Below, one piece after another: positions 40,259 to 50,704 of a DNA stretch of 64,000 nucleotides. Each line of letters starts with the position of its first letter. Position 1 is the stretch's first letter. The position numbers and the translations under genes are program-made. This DNA is from an uncultured Solirubrobacterales bacterium (GTDB lineage: Bacteria; Actinomycetota; Thermoleophilia; Solirubrobacterales; Solirubrobacteraceae), in assembly GCA_963749285.1 (NCBI GenBank), contig CAVVMD010000002.1, positions 1,025,275 through 1,089,274 on the forward strand, in the 5' to 3' direction. The notes beneath the pieces were generated by a model. The model saw only the letters and a list, made by a program, of their open reading frames with translations. It searched no databases and had not been told where the DNA came from.

Positions 40259-40349
40259 CAGCGCAGTTCAACCTCAGAGCGATTCTTTCGCCCTCGCACG
40301 GCTTCGCTCAGGACTTGCCAGTCCCCGACAAGCCCTCTAAAACCAAGCC

Positions 40350-41618
40350 ATGTCCCGAATCCTGCTCGGCGTGAGCGGCGGCATCGCCGCGTACAAGGCG
40401 CTCGAGCTCGTGCGCCTGGCGACGGGGGCCGGGCATGCGGTCAGGGTGGTGCAGACCCCGGCGAGCAGGCGATTCGTCGGGGCGGCTTCGTTCCAGGCGC
40501 TGACGGGCGCGCCGGTGCTCGTCAGCGAGTTCGAGCGCGATCCCGCGCGGGGGGCGTTTCCCGGTCAGCCGCTGCCCGCGCACGAGCCGCTGAGCCACCT
40601 GGAGCTGGTGGCCAACGCCGAGGTCTACGTGATCGCCCCGGCGTCGGCGAACACGCTGGCGAAGCTCGCCGGCGGCCTGGCGGACAACCTGCTCTGCAGC
40701 TGTGCACTGGCATGCGACTGCCCGCTCGTGATCGCCCCGGCGATGAACAACCGCATGTACGAGCACCCGGCGACCCAGGCGAACCTGCGGACGCTGCGCG
40801 CGCGCGGCGCACAGATCGTCGAGCCCGACAGCGGACGGCTGGCGTCTGAAGGTGAGCAGGGGATCGGTCGCCTGGCTGAGCCCGTGCGGATCTTGGCGGC
40901 GTGCGAGGCGGCGCTCGTGAACGCCCCTGCGGCGACGGTTTCGCCAGCACCGTCCGACGGCGCGTGGAGCGGCCTGAGAGTGCTCGTCACGGCGGGAGGC
41001 ACGCGCGAGCCGATCGACAGTGTGAGGTTCGTCGGCAACAGCTCCTCCGGGCGCATGGGACTCGCGCTCGCGCAGAGCGCACGGGCGCGTGGGGCCGAGG
41101 TGACGGTGATCGCCGCCAACGTCGCGCTCGAGCCCCCGCATGGTGTCGCCTGGCGCGAGGTCTGCACCGCCGCCGAGCTGCGCCAAGCCTGCGAGGAGGA
41201 GTTCCCGGCCTGCGATGTCCTGCTGATGACCGCCGCGGTGGCGGACTTCCGACCGGCGGCGCCGGCCGCGGGCAAGATCAAGAAGACCGGCCGCGATCGC
41301 CTGCAGGTGGAGCTCGAGCCGACGGCGGACGTGATCGCGGGCCTGGCCGCTCAGCGTCGCCTCGGTCAGACACTCGTCGGGTTCGCCGCCGAGCACGGCG
41401 AGCGCGCGATCGAGTGCGGCCGGTCAAAGCTCGCGGGCAAGGGTCTGGACGCGGTTGTCGTCAACGACATCTCGCGCTCAGACATTGGTTTTGAGGTGGA
41501 CGCAAACGAGGTCACGATCCTCACCGCCGACGCCGAGCAACACGTACCGCGTGCGAGCAAGCGGCAGGTTGCCGCAGCGATCCTCGATGCCGTCGAACGC
41601 CTGCGAGGGAGTGGTTAA
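40350..41618 (+). CDS. coaBC: Phosphopantothenoylcysteine decarboxylase/synthetase
   Basis: GVSGGIAAYK, APASANT, PAMN..M, TAGGTREPID.VRF.GN.SSG.MG and GFAAE. Confidence 0.97.
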   Translation: MSRILLGVSGGIAAYKALELVRLATGAGHAVRVVQTPASRRFVGAASFQALTGAPVLVSEFERDPARGAFPGQPLPAHEPLSHLELVANAEVYVIAPASANTLAKLAGGLADNLLCSCALACDCPLVIAPAMNNRMYEHPATQANLRTLRARGAQIVEPDSGRLASEGEQGIGRLAEPVRILAACEAALVNAPAATVSPAPSDGAWSGLRVLVTAGGTREPIDSVRFVGNSSSGRMGLALAQSARARGAEVTVIAANVALEPPHGVAWREVCTAAELRQACEEEFPACDVLLMTAAVADFRPAAPAAGKIKKTGRDRLQVELEPTADVIAGLAAQRRLGQTLVGFAAEHGERAIECGRSKLAGKGLDAVVVNDISRSDIGFEVDANEVTILTADAEQHVPRASKRQVAAAILDAVERLRGSG

Positions 41619-41627
41619 GCTGGTCCG

Positions 41628-41996
41628 ATGGAGAGCGTCTATGACCTCTATCGGCGGGGCTGTGACCTGCTCGACCACGGTGATCACCAGGCTGCGATCG
41701 TCCCCCTGAGCAGGGCGCGAGACCTGGAGCCTGACAAGACCTCGATCCGCGAGGCGCTCGGACGGGCTCTGTTTCACGCTCGGCGCTATGAAAGCGCCGC
41801 CGCGGAGTTCCAGGCGGTGGCCTCGAGGACACCCACCAACGACTACGCGCTGTTCTGCCTGGGCCGCTCGATGCAGCTGCTCGGTCGCCATCGCGAGGCA
41901 TGTCAGCCGCTGGCGCTGGCGTGCTCACTGGCCCCCGAGCGCGAGGACTACAGGCGCTACCGTGACCGCGCCCGTCGCGCCGCCCACGGCGATTGA
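41628..41996 (+). CDS. Tetratricopeptide repeat protein
   Basis: Three TPR-like helical repeats (EALGRALF..RRY..A). Confidence 0.85.
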   Translation: MESVYDLYRRGCDLLDHGDHQAAIVPLSRARDLEPDKTSIREALGRALFHARRYESAAAEFQAVASRTPTNDYALFCLGRSMQLLGRHREACQPLALACSLAPEREDYRRYRDRARRAAHGD

Positions 41997-42043
41997 GGGG
42001 CGCCGAGCACCAAGCGAGCAGATGATGCGTGCTCGCCCCGATG

Positions 42044-42123
42044 CTATCCTCGACCGACAGCTTTCGTGCCGGTGTGCAGATGCCGGCAGCAGTGCCGAGA
42101 GTGGGCGCCCGCCCGCTTTTTTT
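42044..42123 (+). terminator. rimP-nusA leader: extended -10 and intrinsic terminator
   Basis: TG-C-TATCCT at 42042-42050; stem AGAGTGGGC/GCCCGCTTT (42098-42119) with a 7-T run at 42117-42123. Confidence 0.75.
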
Positions 42124-42185
42124 ACGTCAGGATCCGGTCGGGTAACGGCCGGGTCAACATAGATGGGAGCAGTGAGCAACGACAG

Positions 42186-42644
42186 ATGACAGCGCTGCAG
42201 GCCGATATCGAAAGCAGGCTCGCCACGAGCGAGCCGGAGGTCGAGGTGCTGCTCGCCGAGGTGGTGGGCGGCCGGCGGCTGCGCGTGTTCATCGACCATC
42301 CGCAGGGCGTCACGCTCGCGCTGTGCGAGCGCGTGAGCACGTGCCTGAACGAGCTGCGCGAACGCTACTCGCTGGAGGTGTCCTCGCCCGGGGGCGAGCG
42401 TCCCCTGACCAAGCCGGCGCATTTTCGTCGCTTCGTGGGGCGGCGTGCGAGGGTGCGTACGCGTCATCCACGCTCACCGGTCCGCTCCGAGCTTACAGCG
42501 AGCGCCGGGCGGCCCGGGCCCGTCAACAGCTTCACCGGCGAGTTGGTGGGGGCCTCCGAGGAGGAGGTCATGCTGGCCGCCGAGGAGGGGATCGTCGCGA
42601 TCCCCTACACCGAGATCCGTCGTTCGAACCTCGTCGAGGAGTGA
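42186..42644 (+). CDS. rimP: Ribosome maturation factor RimP
   Basis: LRVFID, C..VS, YSLEVSSPG.ERPL. Confidence 0.95.
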   Translation: MTALQADIESRLATSEPEVEVLLAEVVGGRRLRVFIDHPQGVTLALCERVSTCLNELRERYSLEVSSPGGERPLTKPAHFRRFVGRRARVRTRHPRSPVRSELTASAGRPGPVNSFTGELVGASEEEVMLAAEEGIVAIPYTEIRRSNLVEE

Positions 42645-42654
42645 GACACTAGAT

Positions 42655-44175
42655 ATGTCACGCGAAATCCTTGAGGCGATGCACGCGTTGGCGCGTGAGA
42701 AGGGAATCGAGCCGGAGAAGCTGATGGTCGCGCTCGAGGATGCGCTGCTGTCCGCCTATAAGAAGCAGCCGGGCTCGGCCAAGTACGCGCGCGTGGAGAT
42801 GGACCGCGAGACCGCCGACTTCCGAGTGATCGAACTGATCATCCCCGAGCGCCTGGAGGCGCACCTGATCGTCGAGACGATCGACGAGGAAACGACGATC
42901 GACCCCGAGACGGGGGAGATGCGCGAACCCGAGGAACCGGAAATCGACCCGGCGAAGTTCGCCGAATATCGCGACCAGATCGACGAGCGCGACGTGACTC
43001 CCGACGACTTCGGGCGGATCGCCGCGCAGACCGCCAAGCAGGTGATCCTGCAACGCATCCGCGAGGCCGAGCGGGACATGATGTTCGAGGAGTACCGCGA
43101 CCGCGTGGGTGAGCTGATCACGGGCATCGTGCAGCAGTCGGACTCCCGCTACACGCTCGTGCAGCTGCGCGAACGCGTCGAGGCGCTGCTGCCCAAGTCA
43201 GAGCAGGTCGAGGGCGAGCGCTACGACCACTCACAGCGGATCAAGGCGGTGATCAAGGAGGTCTCGCCGTCGACCAAGGGGCCGTCGATCATCGTCTCCC
43301 GGCGCGACCCCGAGCTGATCAAGAAGCTGTTCGAGCTGGAGGTTCCGGAGATCGCCGACGGCTTGGTGGAAATCGCCAACGTCGCGCGCGAGCCTGGCTA
43401 TCGCTCGAAGATCGCGGTCGTCTCCAACACCGACGGCGTCGATCCGGTCGGTGCCTGCGTCGGCCCCAGGGGCTCGCGCGTGCGCATGGTCGTCTCCGAG
43501 CTGCGCGGCGAGAAGATCGACATCATCCCCTACAACGACGAGCCCGCCCGGTTCGTCGCCAAGGCGCTCTCACCCGCGCGTGTACGCGAGGTGCTCGTCG
43601 ACGATGAGGCCAAGCAGGCGACGGTGATCGTCCCCGACGATCAGCTCTCGCTGGCGATCGGCCGTGAGGGCCAGAACGCGCGCCTGGCCGCACGCCTGAC
43701 GGGCTGGCGCGTGGACATCCGCTCGGAGACCGAGTTCGCCGCCGAGGAGGCCGAGCATGGCTACGAGGAGGAGGAGGTCCAGGGCCGCTGCGCCGCGATC
43801 CTTTCCAACGGACGGCGCTGTCCGAACGCTTCCCTGCCGGGCTCGCGCTACTGCGGCCTCGAGACCCACCAGGCGCTCGCGAACATCGCAACCGACAACG
43901 TCGTCGACCTGAACGCGCCCGCCGAGGAGCCCACCGCTGGGGGAGGGGACGGCGAGGAGGATGTGGCCGCGCTGGCCCATGACGGCGAGACCGACGCGGC
44001 ACGGCAGGCGCCCCCAGTCGAAGCGGAGCCCATCGCGGAGAAGCCTGACCCCGGAGAGGCACCGGTTGCGGAGGTCTCCGGCGGGCCGGATGAGACCGGC
44101 GCTGCCTCTGAGACGCTCGCCGCTCCGGCGGGGCCCACCGCTCCGAAGTCGCCCGTCGAGGAGCCGGCGCCATAG
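42655..44175 (+). CDS. nusA: Transcription elongation factor NusA with C-terminal Cys3His extension and acidic tail
   Basis: FGRIAAQTAKQVI, S1 domain, AREPGYRSKIAV, DPVGACVG and LAIGREGQNARLA. Confidence 0.97.
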   Translation: MSREILEAMHALAREKGIEPEKLMVALEDALLSAYKKQPGSAKYARVEMDRETADFRVIELIIPERLEAHLIVETIDEETTIDPETGEMREPEEPEIDPAKFAEYRDQIDERDVTPDDFGRIAAQTAKQVILQRIREAERDMMFEEYRDRVGELITGIVQQSDSRYTLVQLRERVEALLPKSEQVEGERYDHSQRIKAVIKEVSPSTKGPSIIVSRRDPELIKKLFELEVPEIADGLVEIANVAREPGYRSKIAVVSNTDGVDPVGACVGPRGSRVRMVVSELRGEKIDIIPYNDEPARFVAKALSPARVREVLVDDEAKQATVIVPDDQLSLAIGREGQNARLAARLTGWRVDIRSETEFAAEEAEHGYEEEEVQGRCAAILSNGRRCPNASLPGSRYCGLETHQALANIATDNVVDLNAPAEEPTAGGGDGEEDVAALAHDGETDAARQAPPVEAEPIAEKPDPGEAPVAEVSGGPDETGAASETLAAPAGPTAPKSPVEEPAP

Positions 44176-44181
44176 GTCCTC

Positions 44182-44477
44182 ATGCACCCCGGCGCAAGTG
44201 CGTCGGCTGTGGGCGCAGCGCGCCGAAGCCGGAACTGGTCAGGATCGCGCTTACCGATCAAAGATCGGCCAGCGTGGGTGAGCGCCGGGCAAGACAGGCG
44301 GCGCTCGACCGCAACGGCACCATGCCCGGGCGTGGTGCCTATTTGTGTCGCGGCGCGAGTGGGGGCGAACCGGCAGCGGACTGCCTGGCGCTTGCCATTC
44401 AGCGCAGCGCAATCGCGCGCGCTTTGCGCTGCGCTGTGACCCTACCCGCCGAGCTCGTAGAATCGGTTGGCCGATGA
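44182..44477 (+). CDS. ylxR: YlxR/RnpM-family RNA-binding protein; start codon out of frame
   Basis: PRRKCVGC...ELVRI...GRGAYLC in the frame ending TGA 44477; ATG 44182 is one base off-frame. Confidence 0.85.
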
Positions 44478-46906
44478 GCAAGAAGCGCGTACATGAAATC
44501 GCCAAGGAGCAGGGCATATCCAGCAAGGAGCTGCTGGAGAAGCTGCATGCCGCCGGCGTGGAGGCGAAGACCGCTTCCTCATCGGTCGAGGAAGCCGCCG
44601 TGCGCGAGGCGCTGGGGAACGAGACCCCGCCTGCCCCGTCCGCCACGCCTACCTCCGCCGCTGTTGCGAGCGCACCTGCGTCCACCTTCACTTCCACCGC
44701 CACCGCGACCGCATCGCCTCCCAAGCCTTCGTCCAAGCCCGCGCCGTCGATCACTCCAAACGGCGCGTCGGCACCCCCCGCATCAAAGCCCGCGGCGTCT
44801 GCTGGAGGCCAACAGGAGGCTGCGCCCGCGCCTGTCGCTCCAGTCCAGCCCGAGGCCGCCGCGGACGCCGCAACCGAGCCACAAGCTTCCTCCGGCACGA
44901 CCGAGGACTCCACCAATCCCGCGGCCGAGCGCGTGCGTCCCACGCGCGACTCGCGCACGGGCGAGCGGGCGCCGGCGAGCAGCGCGCCGGGAGGTCGCCG
45001 ACGTGTGGTGATCGACTCGCAGGCCTCGCGCCGTCAGCAGGGCGGGCCGGCCAACCAGCCCCAGCGTCGCCCTCGCCGTGGCCGGCGCCGGCGCGGGACC
45101 TACGACGAGACGATCGCGCCGATCGACACGACCGCGATCCAGGAGACCGACCTCGTGCGCGTCAACTCCGGTTCGACGGTCAAGGATGTCGCCGAGTACC
45201 TCGGCGCGCCGGTGCCCGAGATCATCAAGAAGCTGATGATGCTCGGGGAGATGGCGACGCTCACCCAGACGCTGTCCGATGACGCGATCCAGGTGCTCGC
45301 CGACGAATTCGAGAAGAAGATCGAGATCGTCCACGCCGCCGACGACGTCGAAGTCGAGCCCGTGTTCGAGGACGCCGACGAGGACCTGATCGAGCGCCCG
45401 CCGGTGGTGACGATCATGGGGCACGTCGATCACGGCAAGACCTCGCTGCTGGACGCGATCCGTGAGACCGAGGTGGCGGCCGGCGAGGCGGGTGGCATCA
45501 CCCAGCACATCGGCGCCTACCAGGTGCGCCACGGCGGCAAAGAGATCACGTTCCTGGACACGCCCGGGCACGAAGCGTTCACGGCGATGCGCGCGCGTGG
45601 CGCGCGCGTGACCGACCTCGCGGTGATCGTGGTCGCGGCCGATGACGGCGTCAAGCCCCAGACCGAGGAGGCGATCGACCACGCCCGCGCCGCCGAAGTG
45701 CCGATCGTGGTGGCCGTGAACAAGATCGACAAGGAGGGCGCCCAGCCCGAGCGCGTGCGCACAGAGATGACCCAGCACGGACTGCAGCCCGCGGAGTGGG
45801 GCGGGGAGATCGAGTTCGTCGACGTCAGCGCCAAGACACGCCAGGGCCTGGACTCGCTGCTGGACACGATCCAGGTGGTCACCGACCTCGAGGAGCTGAA
45901 GGCCAACAGCGACGCCGACGCCTCCGGCACCGTGATCGAGTCCAAGCTCGACCCCGGGCGTGGGCCGGTCGTGAGCGTTCTGATCCAGCGTGGGACGCTG
46001 AATGTCGGTGACGCGCTGGTCGCCGGCGCGCACTTCGGGCGGGTGCGCGCGATGAACGACTTCACCGGCGCTCGCGTCAAGCACGCCACACCGGGCCAGC
46101 CCGTCGAGGTACTGGGCTTTGATGGTGTCCCCGAGGCGGGCGAGATCGTGCGCGTGGTCGAGAACGAGCGCCGCGCGCGCCAGCTCGCGGGCGAGCGCGC
46201 GAACCGTCTGAAGACCGAGGCGCTGGCGCGGCGATCGGGCCGCAAGGTGTCCCTCGAGGACGTGTTCAAGCTCGCCCAGGAGGGGACCGTCAAGGAGCTT
46301 GGCCTGGTCGTCAAGGCTGACGTCGCGGGCTCGCTCGAGGCGATCGAGGACGAGATCGCCAAGCTGCCCCAGGAAGAGGTCAACGTCAACATCATCCATC
46401 GCGGCGTGGGCGGTATCAACGAGTCCGACGTGATGCTCGCCGCGGCATCCCGAGGAGTGATCCTGGCTTTCAACGTGCGACCCGTCGGCGAAGCGCGCCA
46501 CGTGGCCGAGCGCGAGGGTGTGGAGATCCGCTCCTACTCGGTGATCTATCGCGCGATCGAAGAGCTGCGCGCCGCGATGCAGGGCATGCTCGAGCCGACC
46601 GAGGTCGAGACGCCGCTCGGGCAGGCGGAGGTGCGCCAGCTGTTCCGTGCCTCGCGGATCGGGACGATCGCCGGCTCGTTCGTGACCGAGGGCAAAGTCA
46701 CGCGCGGGGCGAAAGCGCGCGTGGTGCGCGAGGGAACGGTCATCTACGACACGACCATCGCGAGCCTGCGTCGCTTCAACGAGGACGCGCGCGAGGTCGC
46801 CACCGGCTTTGAGTGCGGGATCGTGCTCGCGAACTTCCAGGACCTGCGCGAGGGCGACATCCTCGAGACCTACGAGACGCGCTTGCAGGAGCGCGAGCTC
46901 TCCTGA
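44474..46906 (+). CDS. infB: Translation initiation factor IF-2
   Basis: [33 protein letters not shown] and GFECG. Confidence 0.98.
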   Translation: MSKKRVHEIAKEQGISSKELLEKLHAAGVEAKTASSSVEEAAVREALGNETPPAPSATPTSAAVASAPASTFTSTATATASPPKPSSKPAPSITPNGASAPPASKPAASAGGQQEAAPAPVAPVQPEAAADAATEPQASSGTTEDSTNPAAERVRPTRDSRTGERAPASSAPGGRRRVVIDSQASRRQQGGPANQPQRRPRRGRRRRGTYDETIAPIDTTAIQETDLVRVNSGSTVKDVAEYLGAPVPEIIKKLMMLGEMATLTQTLSDDAIQVLADEFEKKIEIVHAADDVEVEPVFEDADEDLIERPPVVTIMGHVDHGKTSLLDAIRETEVAAGEAGGITQHIGAYQVRHGGKEITFLDTPGHEAFTAMRARGARVTDLAVIVVAADDGVKPQTEEAIDHARAAEVPIVVAVNKIDKEGAQPERVRTEMTQHGLQPAEWGGEIEFVDVSAKTRQGLDSLLDTIQVVTDLEELKANSDADASGTVIESKLDPGRGPVVSVLIQRGTLNVGDALVAGAHFGRVRAMNDFTGARVKHATPGQPVEVLGFDGVPEAGEIVRVVENERRARQLAGERANRLKTEALARRSGRKVSLEDVFKLAQEGTVKELGLVVKADVAGSLEAIEDEIAKLPQEEVNVNIIHRGVGGINESDVMLAAASRGVILAFNVRPVGEARHVAEREGVEIRSYSVIYRAIEELRAAMQGMLEPTEVETPLGQAEVRQLFRASRIGTIAGSFVTEGKVTRGAKARVVREGTVIYDTTIASLRRFNEDAREVATGFECGIVLANFQDLREGDILETYETRLQERELS

Positions 46907-46907
46907 G

Positions 46908-47013
46908 CTGAGACGGCCGATGGCCTGCGCGGATGCTGCGTCCTCAGTCGCTCGTGTGCCGAGCACACTTCGCTCCTTGCGTCCTTGCACCGCTTGACCC
47001 TCGGCCGTCTCAG
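46908..47013 (+). mobile_element. 106-bp MITE/REP-like element, copy 2
   Basis: 13-bp perfect TIR CTGAGACGGCCGA/TCGGCCGTCTCAG; central hairpin GTGTGC-CGA-GCACAC. Confidence 0.88.
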
Positions 47014-47044
47014 AACGCTCGGAAGCCCCTCCGGGAGAGGTCAC

Positions 47045-47145
47045 CGCGATCGCTCATGCGCCGAGCACACTTCGCTCACTGCGTCCTTACCGATCGGAGG
47101 TCGACGGGATCTCCGATCGGCCAGCTTGACCCTCGACCGCCTCAG
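47045..47145 (+). mobile_element. Partial copy 3 of the element with an internal hairpin insertion
   Basis: GCCGAGCACACTTCGCTC.CTGCGTCCTT...GCTTGACCCTCGACCGCCTCAG; inserted CCGATCGGAG...CTCCGATCGG inverted repeat. Confidence 0.75.
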
Positions 47146-47226
47146 AGCGCATGGAGCCTCTGATGGAAGATTGTCGATACGAGCGAAGAGTGGGCGCCGA
47201 TCACCGGAGGGAGTTGGGGGGATAGG

Positions 47227-47595
47227 ATGAGCTCGGGACGTATGCGTCGCGTCGACGAGGCGATCAGGCAGGTGCTTGGCGATGCGATGGCAGGAGAGCT
47301 GAAGGACCCTCGAGTTGGATTTGTGACCGTGACCGATGTCAGGACATCCGCCGACCTGCGCCATGCGCGCGTGTACGTGAGCGTGCTCGGCGAGCACGGC
47401 AGACCCTCCGACGCCGCCCAGCGCGAGGACACGCTCGCGGGTCTGCGCCACGCGCACGGCTATCTGCAAGGCCGGGTCGCCTCGGAGCTGCGTCTGAAGC
47501 GCACGCCGACGCTCGAGTTCTTCTACGACGACACGACCGACCGGGCGTTGCGCGTGGATGCGCTGCTGGGGGAGATCGAGGTCGAGGGTTCGTGA
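47227..47595 (+). CDS. rbfA: Ribosome-binding factor A
   Basis: KDPRVGFVTVTDV..S.DL..A.VYVS; LKRTPTLEF. Confidence 0.96.
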   Translation: MSSGRMRRVDEAIRQVLGDAMAGELKDPRVGFVTVTDVRTSADLRHARVYVSVLGEHGRPSDAAQREDTLAGLRHAHGYLQGRVASELRLKRTPTLEFFYDDTTDRALRVDALLGEIEVEGS

Positions 47596-48629
47596 GCACG
47601 GGTATCGAGAGCCCCGAGGTCACGCGCGAGCGGGTGCTCGCGCACATCCGCGCGGACTCGCATTTCGTGCTCGCCGCACATGAGGGTCCCGACGGCGACG
47701 CGCTCGGCTCGCTGGTGGGGATGCAGGGCATGCTTAGCGCGCTGGGCAAGGACTCGCGGATGTTCATCGCGCCGGCGGACCTGCCGCTGCCCTACGAGTA
47801 CCGCTTCTTCGAGCTGGACGGACTGATCCAGTCACCCCCCGCGGACATCGCGCAGCGCACGGTCGTGTTCCTGGACTGCGGCAACATCGACCGCAACTCG
47901 GCGAGCGTGCTGCAGGAGGGCAGGCACCTGCTGAACATCGACCATCACCACGACAACACGCGCTTCGGCACGCTCGACCATGTCGTGCCCGGCGCCTCGT
48001 GCACGGCGGAGATTGTGTGGGATCTGATGCATGGCCTCGGCGTGCGGCCGACGCCGCATGTGGCGCGGGCGCTGTATGTGGGGCTGATCACCGACACGGG
48101 TCGGTTCATGTACGAGAACACCGGTCCGCGCGCGCATGAGATGGCGGCCGAGCTGATCGGAGCCGGCGTGGATGTGCAGGACGTGTACCGGCGACTGTAC
48201 GAGGAGATGCCCCAGGCGAAGCTCGCACTGCTCGCGGTCGCGCTCGATCGGATACAGCGCTTCGACTCCGGCGAGCTGACCCTGGCGGCGCTCAGCGCCG
48301 AGGACTTCCGCGAGGTCGAGGCGCAGGACAGCTACTCGGAGGGCATCATCGATCACCTGCGTGCCGTGCAGGGCACGAAGGTCGCGGTGCTCGTACGCGA
48401 GCTGAGCAGCGGTGAGCGCACCGGCCAGCGCAAAGTCTCGCTGCGCGCGACAGACGACGCCGTCGATGTGTCGCGGATCGCGCGCAAGCAGGGGGGCGGT
48501 GGGCACCGGCGCGCGGCGGGGTTCTCCACGACGCTCGAGGTCGAGCCGCTGATCGAGTTTCTGCGCTGCGCGATCGCCGCGCAGCTGCACGCCAACTCCA
48601 ACGGCCCCGCCGCCCCGACCCTGGTCTGA
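47592..48629 (+). CDS. nrnA: DHH/DHHA1 phosphoesterase (NrnA-like nanoRNase/pAp phosphatase)
   Basis: [23 protein letters not shown] and GGGGH..AAG. Confidence 0.92.
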   Translation: MSTGIESPEVTRERVLAHIRADSHFVLAAHEGPDGDALGSLVGMQGMLSALGKDSRMFIAPADLPLPYEYRFFELDGLIQSPPADIAQRTVVFLDCGNIDRNSASVLQEGRHLLNIDHHHDNTRFGTLDHVVPGASCTAEIVWDLMHGLGVRPTPHVARALYVGLITDTGRFMYENTGPRAHEMAAELIGAGVDVQDVYRRLYEEMPQAKLALLAVALDRIQRFDSGELTLAALSAEDFREVEAQDSYSEGIIDHLRAVQGTKVAVLVRELSSGERTGQRKVSLRATDDAVDVSRIARKQGGGGHRRAAGFSTTLEVEPLIEFLRCAIAAQLHANSNGPAAPTLV

Positions 48630-48667
48630 GTCCGCCCGGACCCGGTCCTGAACTCCGTGACGTCCCC

Positions 48668-48766
48668 CGCGCGATGATGGGCGGTTCCGCGCAGAGATGA
48701 TGGATGCCGATGGACGCGCGATGATGAGTCGCTGATGGTCGCACGCGATGATGGGCAACCGATGGA
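48668..48766 (+). repeat. Four imperfect 23-27 nt repeats built on CGCG(C)GATGATG immediately upstream of truB
   Basis: ATGATG at 48674, 48697, 48721 and 48748, each preceded by a CGCG tract. Confidence 0.65.
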
Positions 48767-49442
48767 CGGCATCCTGTTGATCGACAAGCCCGCCGGCATG
48801 ACCTCGCATGACGTGGTCGCGGCGGTCAGGCGCGCGACCACCGGCTTCGCCGGCGATGCCCGAGGCATCAAGGTCGGGCATGCCGGCACGCTCGACCCGT
48901 TTGCCACGGGCCTGTTGGTCGTGCTGGTCGGGCGGGCCACAAAAGCACAGCGACAGCTGATGGATCTGCCCAAGCGTTATGAGACGGTCGCGCGGCTGGG
49001 GTCGACATCGAGCACCGGAGACACCGAGGGGGAGATCATCCACACGGGCAAGATGCCGCCCGATCCGCCGCCGCTGCCGACCGGTGAGGTCAGACAGCGA
49101 CCGCCGCGGCATTCGGCGGTGAAGATCGGCGGGGAGCGCGCTTACAAGCGCGCGCGCCGCGGCGAGCAGTTTGAGATGCCCGAGCGAATCGTGACCGTCT
49201 ACCGCTTTGAGCAGGTCTGGCGCGAGGACGCGCGCGCGGGCTATGCGATCGAATGCTCGGCGGGCACCTACGTGCGCTCGCTGATCTCAGACCTTGGCGA
49301 CGCCTACTGCGTTGAGCTCAGACGCACCGCGATCGGACCGTTCGAGGTCAGCGAGGCGGTCGCTCCACCCAGACGAGATGAGACGTGGGGGCAGCCGCCG
49401 CTGATCGGACTCGACCAAGCGCTCGCGGCGCTGCCCAAATAG
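48762..49442 (+). CDS. truB: tRNA pseudouridine(55) synthase (no PUA domain)
   Basis: [25 protein letters not shown] and [10 protein letters not shown]. Confidence 0.96.
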   Translation: MDGILLIDKPAGMTSHDVVAAVRRATTGFAGDARGIKVGHAGTLDPFATGLLVVLVGRATKAQRQLMDLPKRYETVARLGSTSSTGDTEGEIIHTGKMPPDPPPLPTGEVRQRPPRHSAVKIGGERAYKRARRGEQFEMPERIVTVYRFEQVWREDARAGYAIECSAGTYVRSLISDLGDAYCVELRRTAIGPFEVSEAVAPPRRDETWGQPPLIGLDQALAALPK

Positions 49443-49456
49443 GCTGTGCGGCCGTG

Positions 49457-50347
49457 GTGATCACGCGCCTGCCCGAGGTACGACAGCCCCGCGAGGGCGA
49501 TCGGCATACGCGCAGCGTGGCCGTCGGCACGTTCGACGGTGTGCATCTCGGTCATCGCGCCGTGATCGACGGCTCGGACAGCGTGCTCACGTTCGACCCG
49601 CACCCGGTGTCGGTCGTCGCGCCCCAGCACACGCCGAAGCTGCTGACGACGCTCGATGTCAAGGCCGAGCTGATCGCCGGTCTCGGCGTGCAGGAGCTGA
49701 TCGTGATCCCGTTTGATGCCGACTTCGCGGCGCGCTCGGCAGATGAGTTCATCTCCGAGGTGCTCGTCGGCGCCCTCAGCGCCGCCCGCGTCGCGATCGG
49801 TGAGAACTTCCGTTTTGGGCATCGCGCCCAGGGCGACCCGCGGCTGCTCGCCGCCGACGAGCGCTTTCAGACGGTCGTGCACCCGCTGCTGGAGGTGGAC
49901 GGCGAGATCGTCTCCTCCAGCCACATTCGCGGTCTGGTGCTCGCGGGTGAGGTCGCAAGCGCCGCGCGCTTTCTCGGCGCGCCGTTTCAGCTGCGCGGTG
50001 AGGTCGTGCACGGCGACGAGCGCGGGCGCGAGCTGGGGTTTCCGACCGCGAACCTCGTGCCCGAGGAGGCGTTGGTATGCCCTGGCCACGGGGTGTATGC
50101 GTGCCTGGCCAACGGCGAGATCCCCGCTGCCGTCAGCATCGGCGTGCGTCCCACGTTCGCGACTGGTCGCGGCGAGCTGATCGAGGCCTACCTGATCGAC
50201 TTCGACGGCGACCTGTACGGCAGCACTCTGCGCCTGGACTTCCTCGCGCGCCTGCGCGGCGAGCGGCGCTTTGACACGCCGCAGGCGTTGATCGAGCAGA
50301 TGCGCGGCGACGTATCGCGCACGCGCGAGATCGCCGCGGCGGCCTGA
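49457..50347 (+). CDS. ribF: Riboflavin kinase/FAD synthetase
   Basis: GTFDGVHLGH, GENF.FG, SSSHIR, GR.LGFPTAN and E.YL.DF..DLYG. Confidence 0.96.
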   Translation: MITRLPEVRQPREGDRHTRSVAVGTFDGVHLGHRAVIDGSDSVLTFDPHPVSVVAPQHTPKLLTTLDVKAELIAGLGVQELIVIPFDADFAARSADEFISEVLVGALSAARVAIGENFRFGHRAQGDPRLLAADERFQTVVHPLLEVDGEIVSSSHIRGLVLAGEVASAARFLGAPFQLRGEVVHGDERGRELGFPTANLVPEEALVCPGHGVYACLANGEIPAAVSIGVRPTFATGRGELIEAYLIDFDGDLYGSTLRLDFLARLRGERRFDTPQALIEQMRGDVSRTREIAAAA

Positions 50348-50350
50348 CGC

Positions 50351-50390
50351 GGCGCACCGGTTTCGGGAACGCGGCACGCTCCGGTGCGCC
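50351..50390. terminator. GC-rich hairpin after ribF
   Basis: GGCGCACCGG / CCGGTGCGCC 10-bp stem, no U-tract. Confidence 0.55.
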
Positions 50391-50419
50391 GGGGCGTGTC
50401 TGCTACGGTTGGCCCGCAC

Positions 50420-50692
50420 ATGATCGCCATCACCGCAGAGCGCAAGCGCGAGATCACTGCGCAATTCGGCGCCAACGAGCAAGACACCGGCAACACCCGT
50501 GTCCAGGTCGCGCTGCTGACCGAGCGCATCAACCATCTCACCGAGCATCTGCGCGAGCAGTCCAAAGACCATCACTCCCGCCGCGGCCTGTTGATGCTCG
50601 TCGGACGTCGCCGGCGGTTCCTGGACTACCTGCGCCGCCGCGACCTCGAGGGTTACCGGGCACTTATCAAAGAGCTTGGTCTCCGTAAGTAA
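50420..50692 (+). CDS. rpsO: 30S ribosomal protein S15
   Basis: [16 protein letters not shown]...[10 protein letters not shown]. Confidence 0.97.
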   Translation: MIAITAERKREITAQFGANEQDTGNTRVQVALLTERINHLTEHLREQSKDHHSRRGLLMLVGRRRRFLDYLRRRDLEGYRALIKELGLRK

Positions 50693-50704
50693 CCGAGGCC
50701 GAGG

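Noticed and set aside
44783-47044. 753-aa antisense ORF (likewise 51207-53327, 33682-35367, 16940-18652, 47832-49112, 49304-51643)
   Set aside because: Shadow ORFs opposite well-supported genes; expected from stop-poor high-GC codon usage
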